Position numbers and translations under genes: made by a program | Part shown: positions 9,065 through 18,004 of the stretch, one piece after another | Layout: the number at the start of each line of letters is the position of its first letter | Position numbering within the stretch: position 1 is the stretch's first letter | NCBI GenBank assembly: GCA_963820525.1 | Contig: CAWGAA010000001.1 | Coordinates: 2,976,001 to 3,040,000, forward strand | Reading direction: 5' to 3' | Source: an uncultured Spirochaetota bacterium | Lineage (GTDB): Bacteria > Spirochaetota > Spirochaetia > SZUA-6 > Fen-1364 | Length of the DNA: 64,000 bases | Notes under the pieces: model-generated | The model's input: the letters and a program-made list of their open reading frames with translations, nothing else | What the model was told of the DNA's origin: nothing | Database searches by the model: none

Positions 9065-10399
9065 ATGGATCCGATACGTGTCATTACAGAGAATTGCACC
9101 GCCTGCAGCCTGTGCGTGAAGGCGTGCTCCTACGCGGCTATCGCCCTTTCCGGCCCGCCTGTGGCGAAGACGGGCAAGCCATCTGCCGTCATCGACCTGG
9201 CGAAGTGCACGGTTTGCGGCGCCTGCGTCGAGGCATGCAAACGATTCAAGGCAATCGTCATCACCCGTGTGACCTTCAAAGGACAGGAAATCAAGGCGTA
9301 CTCGGGCGTGGCCGTGCTGGCCGAGCATCGCAGGGGAAAGCTCGCCTCGGTCGTGCCTGAGATCATCGGCGCGGCGCGCGAGCTGAAGAAGGAGCTTGCC
9401 GAGGCCGAGAAGGCGGGCACGGGCACGGAGGCCCAGGGCGCGGATGGCCAGGCGGCCGCCGGTGCCTCCCCTTCCTCAGGTGACCAGGCGTCCGCCGGGG
9501 CTTCCCCCAACGCGTCCGTCCCTGTTTGCGCCATCCTGGTTGGAAGCGGCGTGAAGCGTTTCACCGACGAGCTTCTTTCCTACGGGGTGGACGAGGTGTG
9601 GATGGTCGACAACCCGACCATCGGAGACTTCGACGAGGACGTTCAGGCGGAGCTCGTTGCCCAGATCATCATGGAAAGAAAGCCGGAGATCTTCCTGGGC
9701 GGAGGAACGGTTGTCGGCCGCTCTCTTCTTCCCCGCGTCGCGGCCAAGATCCTCACCGGGCTTACGGCGGACTGCACGGAGCTTGCGATAGATTCGGCAA
9801 CGAAGCTCCTGAAGCAGACCCGCCCCGCCTTTGGCGGAAACATCATGGCCACGATCCTCACCCAGAACCACCGACCCCAGATGGCCACGGTCCGGCACAA
9901 GGTGATGAAGCCGGCGGACAAGGTAGGGCAGCCCACCGGGAAAGTGATCGAGATCACTCACATCCCTGTTCCCAAATCCAAGATCGAGTTCCTGGAGTTC
10001 GTGGAGGAGAAGGGCGAGACCGTGAACCTGGTGGAAGCAGACGTGATCGTCTCCGGCGGCCGCGGGATCAAGGATCCGAAGAACTTCGCGGTGCTTGAAA
10101 AGCTGGCCCTCGCAACCGGCGGCGCCCTTGGCGCATCGCGCGCCGCGGTGGATGCGGGCTGGATTCCCTACTCTCACCAGGTTGGCCAGACCGGAAAAAC
10201 CGTGAAGCCCAAGGTCTACATCGCCTGCGGAATCTCCGGGGCCATCCAGCACCTTGCCGGCATGAAGGGCTCCGACATGATCATCGCCATCAACTCGGAT
10301 CCTTCGGCTCCCATCTTCGACGTTGCCCACTACGGAATCGTGGGAGACCTGTTCCAGGTTGTGCCGGAGCTCACCAAGAGGCTGGAGAACGGGGGGTAG
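9065..10399 (+). CDS. etfA: Electron transfer flavoprotein alpha subunit with N-terminal 2x[4Fe-4S] ferredoxin domain
   Basis: [11 protein letters not shown] and [11 protein letters not shown] at the N-terminus; [25 protein letters not shown] and [12 protein letters not shown] motifs. Confidence 0.95.
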   Translation: MDPIRVITENCTACSLCVKACSYAAIALSGPPVAKTGKPSAVIDLAKCTVCGACVEACKRFKAIVITRVTFKGQEIKAYSGVAVLAEHRRGKLASVVPEIIGAARELKKELAEAEKAGTGTEAQGADGQAAAGASPSSGDQASAGASPNASVPVCAILVGSGVKRFTDELLSYGVDEVWMVDNPTIGDFDEDVQAELVAQIIMERKPEIFLGGGTVVGRSLLPRVAAKILTGLTADCTELAIDSATKLLKQTRPAFGGNIMATILTQNHRPQMATVRHKVMKPADKVGQPTGKVIEITHIPVPKSKIEFLEFVEEKGETVNLVEADVIVSGGRGIKDPKNFAVLEKLALATGGALGASRAAVDAGWIPYSHQVGQTGKTVKPKVYIACGISGAIQHLAGMKGSDMIIAINSDPSAPIFDVAHYGIVGDLFQVVPELTKRLENGG

Positions 10400-10471
10400 G
10401 GGAAAGCGTGATTCTGCGAATGGCTTGGATATATGCCTCCATTGCTGTAATATTATCCGTGGAGATTTAGG

Positions 10472-10663
10472 ATGACCCGGTTAAGGTATGTTCATTGGCA
10501 GGAAGAGGATTTTCATCTCGGATATTTCGAGGATTATCCTGACTATTTGACGCAAGGAAAGACTCTTGAAGAACTGCGTGAGAATTTGAAAGACCTGTAT
10601 AAAGACATTTCTTCCAATACGGTTCCCTATCTTAAAAAGATCGATGAGCTTGTGCTTTCCTGA
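10472..10663 (+). CDS. hicB: HicB-family antitoxin (short, no DNA-binding domain)
   Basis: YPDYLTQGKTLEELRENLKD motif; 63 aa; AT-rich. Confidence 0.85.
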   Translation: MTRLRYVHWQEEDFHLGYFEDYPDYLTQGKTLEELRENLKDLYKDISSNTVPYLKKIDELVLS

Positions 10664-10839
10664 TGAAAAGAAGCGATCTTATTAAAAAACTGTCCGACCT
10701 GGGCTGCATCTTGACCAGGCATGGCGGGAAGCATGACTGGTATACTAACCCGAAATTGAAAATGTCCCAGCCCGTGCCTCGACACATGGAGATAAACGAG
10801 CATTTAGCAAAGCACATTATTAAAAAACTTGGCGGGTGA
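10663..10839 (+). CDS. hicA: HicA-family mRNase toxin (58 aa, absent from the ORF track)
   Basis: Translated by hand: MKRSDLIKKLSDLGCILTRHGGKHDWYTNPKLKMSQPVPRHMEINEHLAKHIIKKLGG; G.KH and VPRH.EI motifs; TGATG coupling with hicB. Confidence 0.9.
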   Translation: MKRSDLIKKLSDLGCILTRHGGKHDWYTNPKLKMSQPVPRHMEINEHLAKHIIKKLGG

Positions 10840-11548
10840 TTACTGATTTGGCCCGTGGGGGCATGAATGAAAGTATTATTTCCTTTCGCGCTCGATAAGC
10901 TTTGTCCTCTCGCTCAATAAGTCCATATTCAACGAGTGCGTTCATGTCCCGAGTGATAGTTTTGGAAGTGACCCTTGCATATGCTTTCGCCATGCGGGGG
11001 GTAATCTCTGGAACCAGTGAAAAGGGTACCGGGTCCGGTCGACGGGAAATGTCGAGCACCAAATGTCTGCGGCGGATATCCGCCTTGCTGGTTTTATCAC
11101 GGAAGAACTCGTGCACGTAGTTTCTCCATGTAATGTCCCACTGCTGAGACCAGATCGCGTCGAGCTGCTCCTTGAGGCCATCCAGGAGTCCCTGGGTTGC
11201 ATACACCAGGAAAGGAACAAGATCCCCGCCGGATTTGCTCGCCATTTCGAGCTGCCTGTAATACTCGGTTCTGGTGAGATTATAGTGGTTGCTCAATAGG
11301 TGCGCCGATGCGGCGGAAACGCCGGCCTTCATTAGGATTTGCACTTCAAGAAGCCTTGCCGTTCGGCCATTGCCATCCCCAAACGGATGGATCCACGCGA
11401 TATAAACATGGGCGGTAACAGCTTTAAGAATCGCGCGTACGATTGAATCGCCCTTTCCAGCCTGGAAAGTGTCGCTGTTGAGCCATTGGCACAACTTATC
11501 AAGAAGAAAAGGACAATCCGCAGCAGGCGCTCCCTTGTAACTTCCTAC
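10820..11548 (-). pseudogene. 5'-truncated Fic-domain protein with C-terminal HTH
   Basis: HPFGDGNGRTAR Fic motif; the frame reads Fic-like (VGSYKGAPAADCPFLLDKLCQWL) up to about 11548 and then runs into an unrelated gene; no credible start or SD. Confidence 0.8.
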
Positions 11549-11551
11549 CCA

Positions 11552-12691
11552 GGGCTTCGCCCCTTTATGTCGCAGCTTCTTTGCGAGCAGGTTGTGGGGC
11601 GAGGGCTTCGACGCGCAAGCTATGAAATCGGGCCTGACGGGAAGCTCACGGAGGAAGTATCAAAAGTCTTCGGTGTTCCTTTCGAGGCTTCCAGCGAAGG
11701 GCCACTGCTGCCGCCGCCGGCACGTAATCACGTGCATGCTCTGCCCGATCGCGCCGGATTGGAAATCAAGTTCCCAAGGGTTGAAGGGTATCGGCAGGCG
11801 ATTCGCAATCGCGTCACAGTCAACAGGGAAGCCCTGGCACCGGTTGAGCTAGATCCACTTAGAATTCCCCCTGAAGTGGAAATGAAAGCCGGCCTGCCCA
11901 ATAATGTCGGTAGACACTCTCTAAGCGGACCGGGCAGACTTGTCAGCCTGGACCTCAACCCCTACCGCAAGGGAAGGCGCGTTCAGGAGCTTGCCTTCGA
12001 GCTTGCCCGGGATCTCACGAGAGACTATTGCAGGCAGTCAGACTGTCTGGCTCCTGCCCATGTGCTGTTTCCGCAGATCGTGGGAATCGTCCACCGCTAC
12101 CTGGAAGAGAAGGTCATTGCGATAGCTCCCGCGGATCGGTTGGACATCTTCCTCTCTCCTTATTGCGGATGGGTCATCGAGCGTATTGTAGAGGCAATCA
12201 AGCCCGATGCCGCCCAGGGCGAGGCACCGGAAATGCCGCGCTTTGAAACCAACCGCGCGCCCGGCTCAACTGTGGATGTTGATTTCTGGACAAGCCGGGA
12301 GGTTCGGGAAACCGTCCATAGCCACGTCAACTTCGTTGTTGCGGATACCAGGGTATGGGAGCAATCGGCGGCCTATTTCATCGATACTCATGAGGCCATA
12401 GATGCTTTCGTCAAGAATGCAGGTCTGGGCTTCGCAATCCCTTACCTGCATAACGGACAGCCCCATGACTATATCCCCGACTTTATTATCAGGCTCAAGG
12501 GGGATCCAGTCGTTCACTTGATCCTCGAGACCAAGGGATTCGACGAGCTTGCTGAGATAAAGGCCCAAGCGGCGGAGCGCTGGGTAAACGCCGTCAATGC
12601 GGATGGCCGGTTTGGCGTTTGGCGGTATGCAATGGCTAGAGAACCGTCAGAGGTGGCTTTGAAGATAGAAGAAAGCCGAAAAAGCACATAA
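11552..12691 (+). pseudogene. C-terminal fragment of a type III restriction enzyme Res subunit
   Basis: Begins at GLRPFMSQLLCEQVVGRGLRR (helicase motif VI region) and retains the nuclease motif YIPDFII...LILETKG; the N-terminal helicase motifs are absent. Confidence 0.82.
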
Positions 12692-12720
12692 GCCAGGGAT
12701 TTGCGAAACGGGGCGCGAGG

Positions 12721-14715
12721 TCATTCTGTACATTCCCCCGTGGAGCAGAACTCCCGGATCGCTTTCAGAAAGGCATCCCCATACTCTTCAAGCTTGTACT
12801 CGCCCACGCCATGACAGCGCAGGAGCGCGGTGGAATCAGTGGGCCGGTTTTTCACGAATACGCGAAGCGTCTTATCGCTGAACACGACATACGGCGGGAC
12901 TTCCCGCGCGCGGGCTATCCGTAATCGCACGCGCTTGAGACACCGGAAAAGCTCTTCTTCGTCCGGGCGATGAAAAGCTGACGCACCATCGTCCGGCTCG
13001 GTGATGCCTGCCTGCTCGCTGGCGGGCTTCCTGATAACGGCGCGCGGCCGTGTGGCCTGCTCCTCAGTGGCGCGAGACGATGAAGGCCGCTCGCGCTCCC
13101 GCGCCGGCAGCTCTTCTGAAGGCCTCTCCTGCGCCCGTTCCGCGCGTGCCTTCGCGCGGCCCGCCTGCTCCGCAGGCTGCAATGCCAGAAAGCTTTCCTT
13201 GCCGTTCAATAAAAGACGGCCGCGGGTGGAGAGGCGGAATCCGGCGGTCTCTCCTTCCCCGCGCAGCAGGTAGTCTCCGGCTTCAAGCTCCCGGATGAGA
13301 GAGAGCCACCAGCTCTTGTCGTGCTCCTTGCCGATGCCGAATGTCGGAAGCCGGTGATGGCCGCGCTCCAGGACCTTGTCGGTGGCGTTTCCGACAACGA
13401 TGTCCGCGAGATGGTGTGCTCCAAAGCGCTCCCCGGTGCGCACGGCGGCGGACAGCGCCTTGCGGGCGGCATCCGTCAGGTCTTCCAGCTCGAGCTCCCC
13501 GGTGCAGACGTCGCAGCGGGCGCAGCCGCCGGGATGCTCCTCCCCGAAGTGCGCAAGCAGCTGCCTGCGCCTGCAGCCGCTCGATTCGACGTAGCGCAGG
13601 ATATCGCGCAGGCTCGCTTCGGCGCGCCGTCGTTCCACGGGCGATTCGATTTTGTCGATGTGCCAGCGGATGGAGGCGATATCTCCGGGACCGAAGAACA
13701 GCGTGGCGTCCGCCTTCTCGCCGTCACGCGCAGCCCGGCCGGTTTCCTGATAGTAGCCCTCGATGCTTCGGGGAAGATCCCCATGCAGGACCCATCTTAC
13801 GTTGGATTTATCGATGCCCATGCCGAAGGCGATGGTCGCGACGACCACGAGCACCTCGTCCTTGACGAACGCCTCTTGCCGGCGCTTGCGATCATCGTCA
13901 TCGATGCCGGCATGGTAGGCCGTCGCTGAAATGCCATGAAGAGATAAAAAAGAGGCGGTTTTCTCCACCGCCTTCCGCGTGCCCCGATAGACGATCCCCG
14001 GCTCGCCTTCGTGCCTGCGGATGAAATTGAAAAGCTGCTCATCCGCGCTGCCCTTCTTCGGGACCACCCTGTAGAAGATCTCGGGCCGGTCGAAGCTCGC
14101 GCGCACGATGAACGGATCTTTCAGGCCGAGGAGCCTCACCACGTCGTCCTGGACCTGTCGGGTGGCCGTGGCCGTGAACGCGGCGATCGGCACATCGGGA
14201 AGCTCATTGCGCAGCAGTCCGAGCGCGCGGTAGTCGGGACGAAACTCGTGACCCCATTCCGAGATGCAATGCGCTTCGTCGACGGCGATCAGAGAGAGGC
14301 CGAGGGATTTCAGCCATTGCCTGAAGTCGGGGATGGAAAGACGCTCCGGGGAGACATACAGGAGCTTGATTCGGCCCTCAGAAAGCTCCCGCCGGGTCTT
14401 CGTCGCCTCTTCCGCAGACAGGCTGCTGTTGAGAAACGAGGCCGCGATCCCGTTCTCCCGCGCCCCGTCCACCTGATCTTTCATGAGGGAGATCAGCGGG
14501 CTCACGACCACGGTCAGCCCCTCTGCGAGGAGGGCGGGAAGCTGGTAGCACAGGGACTTGCCGCCCCCGGTGGGCATGGCGGCGAAAACGTCGCGCCCGC
14601 TGAGGATGGCCCGTACGATCTCTTCCTGGTTCGCGCGGAAGGACGAAAAACCGAAGTGCTTATGGAGCGCCCTCGCGATCCCGGCGTCATCGAGGGTCTG
14701 GTGCGATCTTTCCAT
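12721..14715 (-). CDS. recQ: ATP-dependent DNA helicase RecQ
   Basis: MPTGGGKSLCYQLP, DEAHCISEWGHEFRPDY, ATIAFGMGIDK, YYQETGRAARDG, Zn-binding CRR...C..CDVC, RQC and HRDC (VPPYVVFSDKTL); GGAGGA SD before ATG 14715. Confidence 0.96.
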   Translation of the reverse strand: MERSHQTLDDAGIARALHKHFGFSSFRANQEEIVRAILSGRDVFAAMPTGGGKSLCYQLPALLAEGLTVVVSPLISLMKDQVDGARENGIAASFLNSSLSAEEATKTRRELSEGRIKLLYVSPERLSIPDFRQWLKSLGLSLIAVDEAHCISEWGHEFRPDYRALGLLRNELPDVPIAAFTATATRQVQDDVVRLLGLKDPFIVRASFDRPEIFYRVVPKKGSADEQLFNFIRRHEGEPGIVYRGTRKAVEKTASFLSLHGISATAYHAGIDDDDRKRRQEAFVKDEVLVVVATIAFGMGIDKSNVRWVLHGDLPRSIEGYYQETGRAARDGEKADATLFFGPGDIASIRWHIDKIESPVERRRAEASLRDILRYVESSGCRRRQLLAHFGEEHPGGCARCDVCTGELELEDLTDAARKALSAAVRTGERFGAHHLADIVVGNATDKVLERGHHRLPTFGIGKEHDKSWWLSLIRELEAGDYLLRGEGETAGFRLSTRGRLLLNGKESFLALQPAEQAGRAKARAERAQERPSEELPARERERPSSSRATEEQATRPRAVIRKPASEQAGITEPDDGASAFHRPDEEELFRCLKRVRLRIARAREVPPYVVFSDKTLRVFVKNRPTDSTALLRCHGVGEYKLEEYGDAFLKAIREFCSTGECTE

Positions 14716-14722
14716 CCCGTTC

Positions 14723-15270
14723 CTATCCTCCGGCCCGCTCTGCAAGCTCTTCCCAGCGGCTCATCTTGGCGTCGAGCAGGCTCTCGATCTCCCGGTAGCG
14801 CCTGTTGTTTCTCTCTATCTGCGCCGGATCGCGGGCCGGGCTCTGAAAGCCGGATTCAAGGTCCCGGGTCTCTGCCGCTGCTTTTCCGGCTGCGCACGGG
14901 CCCGTCGAACGGTTTCTTCAGCGCGCATGTCTCTGTAATCCCCGTAGCTCCCCGTGAATCCACGGATCCCGCCGCTGCCGTCGAAGATGAAAAGATAATC
15001 GGTAAGGCGGTCGAGCAAGGCGCGGTCGTGGGAAACGACATGATACAACCGCCGAACTCGGCAAGGCAATTCTCCAGCAGCCTGGTCGTGTCGAGGTCCA
15101 GATCGTTGGTCGGTAGCCCTTTTTTCCACGCACCTGCTCCGCCAGCTCCTTCATGTATTCTATGACCGTCAGCTTCCCGTTTATGAAACTTCCGGTCTCC
15201 AAACACCGTGGAATCGCCCTTGACGGCCGTTCCGCTATCAGGGGTGAGGGCGCCGGATAGCAGATTGGAC
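14723..15270 (-). pseudogene. Decayed ABC-F ATPase (Uup-like)
   Basis: Ordered fragments across different frames: LLSGALTPDSGTAVKG, PTNDLDLDT, VVSHDRALLDRLTDYLFIFDG, and C-terminal REIESLLDAKMSRWEELAE ending at TAG 14725-14723. Confidence 0.8.
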
Positions 15271-15379
15271 GCCTTCATCATGACCATCGACGTGAAATAG
15301 GAAGGGCGGAAGCGGGAAAGAAAAAACCCCGGACGCTGAGCGGAAGTGGCCCGGTGGAGGTACTCGCGTCAGGAGAGTG

Positions 15380-15763
15380 CTACTCGGCGGCCTGCTGCTC
15401 GACAATGCTTTCGACCAGCTTGAGGATGGTGCGCTTCACGTGCGGGCTTTGAATCCTTGCAAAGAGCCGAAGGAGCGCCCGCTCCTCCCTGAGGGTACGC
15501 CCCGAGTCCTGTTCAGCGGCGGTGTCCGGCCCTGAGGCGTCCGACATTTCCCGTGAGTTAAGCTCGGCGATGAAGGCCTGCACGGGGGTGTCGAGGGCTT
15601 TCGCAATAAGGAAAAGGCGTTGGAGTGTGATCTGGTTTTTATTTGCCTCGTACTTCTGGATCTGCTGGTAAGAGACGCCGATGCGATCGGCCAGTTCCGT
15701 CTGGGTGAGCCCCTGCCGCTGACGATGGAACCTGATTTTGTGGCCAATTCCTTCGGCTTCCAC
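15380..15763 (-). CDS. XRE-family HTH transcriptional regulator
   Basis: IGHKIRFHRQRQGLTQTELADRIGVSYQQIQKYE. Confidence 0.9.
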   Translation of the reverse strand: MEAEGIGHKIRFHRQRQGLTQTELADRIGVSYQQIQKYEANKNQITLQRLFLIAKALDTPVQAFIAELNSREMSDASGPDTAAEQDSGRTLREERALLRLFARIQSPHVKRTILKLVESIVEQQAAE

Positions 15764-15812
15764 TGATCGACCCGCGCATACAAGCTACCTTATTTCTTGA
15801 AACACATTCTAC

Positions 15813-15863
15813 CAACTCAGGGTTGCACGTTCAATTGACAAACACAACCTTGGGTGGTATAAT
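15813..15863 (+). promoter_or_regulatory. Consensus sigma70 promoter with two CAAC-N5-GTTG operator-like sites
   Basis: TTGACA 15835-15840, 17-nt spacer, TGnTATAAT (TATAAT 15858-15863); CAACTCAGGGTTG 15813-15825 and CAACCTTGGGTGG 15845-15857. Confidence 0.8.
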
Positions 15864-15946
15864 GAAATAAAGAAATATGCGCTTTCCGGCCTTAAGCCGT
15901 CGGCGGAGCCGTTCAGCGCTTCTATTAAAATGTGAGGACAAAACCG

Positions 15947-16294
15947 ATGACCAGAGTTCTCATAGTGGACGACGACGCCACGGTCCGAAGCACGATGGCG
16001 CTCATCCTGGAAGGATTCCAATTCGATCCCTCCACCACGGATACCGCCGAAAAAGCGCTCAAGCTGCTTGAAAAAGAGCACTACGACGTGCTGATAACCG
16101 ACTATGAGATGCCGGGGATGAACGGAGTCGAGCTGATCAGGAGCGTTCAATCCGTCTTCCCCAGGCCCGCCGTCATCCTCATGACCGGCTGCGGCGATGA
16201 AACTGTATTGAAGCTTTCAGGGGCAGATATGTATCTGCGCAAGCCCTTTTCAGCCATGCTCCTCAAGGACTGCATCGACAAGCTCATTACGTAG
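15947..16294 (+). CDS. Single-domain response regulator (CheY-like receiver)
   Basis: VLIVDDD, DVLITDYEMPGMNG, ILMTG and YLRKPF motifs. Confidence 0.92.
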   Translation: MTRVLIVDDDATVRSTMALILEGFQFDPSTTDTAEKALKLLEKEHYDVLITDYEMPGMNGVELIRSVQSVFPRPAVILMTGCGDETVLKLSGADMYLRKPFSAMLLKDCIDKLIT

Positions 16295-16332
16295 ATGATG
16301 GGGGAAAACGGCCGGAGAGAAGCCTGCTGGGA

Positions 16333-17097
16333 TTAGAGCAATCCCCGTGCGGCGAGGCTGCAGTCATTCTTCGGCTCCCTGCCAAGTATCACATGATCGA
16401 GGATCCCAATGCCGAACAGGCCGCACGCATCCCTGATCGCGTACGTGAGGCAAATGTCCTTTTGGGACGGCGCCCCGTCTCCCGAGGGGTGATTGTGAAC
16501 CAGCACCAGCGAGGAGGCGGAGGCACGGAGCGCTTCCCGTACGATCTGCTGGGGATCCACCGCGACCGAGCCGACGGAGCCCCGGCACAACTCGACGATG
16601 CGAATCGGCCTGTGTTTTCTATTCAAGAGGACGAGGTGAGCCGATTCGCTCTGCGCGTCCCTGAGATACGGACCGAAATAGAGAGCGACGTACGTAAGCG
16701 CCTTGCGTGCGCTGTCGATGCATTCCTTGTCTTTTGCCTCTTCCCGAAACAGTCTCCTGCCGATCTCCAGCGCCGCCTTGATCTGCGAGGCCTTGGCGGG
16801 ACCGATACCTGCGACCCCGCATATATCCCAGACGGAGGCGGCGTCCAGACCACGAAGTCCGGAGAAAACGTCGAGAAGCCTTCGTGAAAGCTCTTCCGCG
16901 TTCACTCCGATTTTTCCCGTCCGCAGGATGATCGCGAGGAGCTTGGAAAGCGGGAGAGATTCTGTGCCATGGCGGATGAGAAGATCCCGGGGCCGGTCTT
17001 CTTCGGACCACCGGCGTATCGGCACTCCCTCCACGCTTCGACGCTTCAAGCCGCCGTACCGCTTCTCCCCGCTCTTCTTGTCCTCCTTGCTCCACAT
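16333..17097 (-). CDS. radC: RadC/JAB-domain protein
   Basis: DRPRDLL..G...L...LLAIILRTG, GIGPAKA, HNHPSGD..PSQKD and LDHVILG motifs; start uncertain. Confidence 0.9.
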   Translation of the reverse strand: MWSKEDKKSGEKRYGGLKRRSVEGVPIRRWSEEDRPRDLLIRHGTESLPLSKLLAIILRTGKIGVNAEELSRRLLDVFSGLRGLDAASVWDICGVAGIGPAKASQIKAALEIGRRLFREEAKDKECIDSARKALTYVALYFGPYLRDAQSESAHLVLLNRKHRPIRIVELCRGSVGSVAVDPQQIVREALRASASSLVLVHNHPSGDGAPSQKDICLTYAIRDACGLFGIGILDHVILGREPKNDCSLAARGLL

Positions 17098-17161
17098 CTC
17101 GATTGGCGCCAGCACCCCTAATGAGATACGCACAAGACGCTCCCGGTGCTTCAACCGGCCG

Positions 17162-17191
17162 TACGCTCGCGCCGGTTGATACGCTCGCGCC
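17162..17191. repeat. Short direct repeat upstream of radC
   Basis: TACGCTCGCGCC at 17162-17173 and 17180-17191. Confidence 0.5.
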
Positions 17192-17257
17192 CGCTATAGA
17201 TTCGCCTCCAGAGTCACGGGAACGACGCAGAAGGTTTCGGGGATGCGGGTGACCGTC

Positions 17258-17839
17258 TCAGTGCACCAGCTTGAATCCGATCTCCACGCCCATCTTCATG
17301 GTGAATCCGAGCTGGATGTTGAGGTAGCCCAAGGCCTCCAGCCATCGGGCATTCTTGAGCGGACCCGCGTCCACGGCATCGAAGCCGATGTCCCGGCCGA
17401 GAGACAGGACCATCCCCTTCGCACCGGCGTCATCGCCGGCCGCCAGGAGCGAGAGCGTCTGTCCCTTCGCTTTCCCGCTGCTCATTGTGCCGGCAAAAAG
17501 CGTGTTGAACGCTTTCACCACTTTTGCCCGTGGCGCCTTCTTCTGCAATTCCTCGGCGCCGCTGGTTGAATAGCCCAGGGCGAGCTGGAAGTCGGGCGTG
17601 AGGGCATTGGTCGCGTCGACGAGCGTCTTGCCGATAACCCCATCGCCCAATTCCTGAAGGGCGTCGTCCAGGGCCCAATAGGGAACGGCGAGTATCACCA
17701 CTTCCGCCCATGCTCCCGCTTCACGAACCTTGGGCGGGTCCTTCCCGACCACCCTCATCTCGTAGCCGGCGCGCGCGAGACCCTTCTGGATTGCGCTTCC
17801 GACATTCCCGTCCCCGATGATCGCGACCTTTGGCTTCAT
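17258..17839 (-). CDS. NADP oxidoreductase, F420-dependent family
   Basis: IIGDGNVG, VILAVP, DATN, SGAE, VVKAFNT and GFDAVDAGPL motifs. Confidence 0.9.
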   Translation of the reverse strand: MKPKVAIIGDGNVGSAIQKGLARAGYEMRVVGKDPPKVREAGAWAEVVILAVPYWALDDALQELGDGVIGKTLVDATNALTPDFQLALGYSTSGAEELQKKAPRAKVVKAFNTLFAGTMSSGKAKGQTLSLLAAGDDAGAKGMVLSLGRDIGFDAVDAGPLKNARWLEALGYLNIQLGFTMKMGVEIGFKLVH

Positions 17840-18004
17840 GATTTCGCTCCTCTTCTTTGATTTGAATCAAAAGTAGCGAGGCCTGTGCTGCCGGTCAAAC
17901 AATCATGAGCCGGTGAGGCCGCCGTGCCGGCATCAGGGATCATCGTATCGACATGCGGCCGTCTCGTGCAAATCCGTCGTGGTCCGGTGTATACTGGCCC
18001 GGCA

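Noticed and set aside
11486..11551. ORF-track starts for the Res (11486) and Fic (11494) ORFs
   Set aside because: TTG starts without SD; the Res start lies inside Fic-derived sequence and the Fic start lies mid-domain
12960..13180. Charged low-complexity stretch in RecQ
   Set aside because: Falls in the normally variable RQC-HRDC linker
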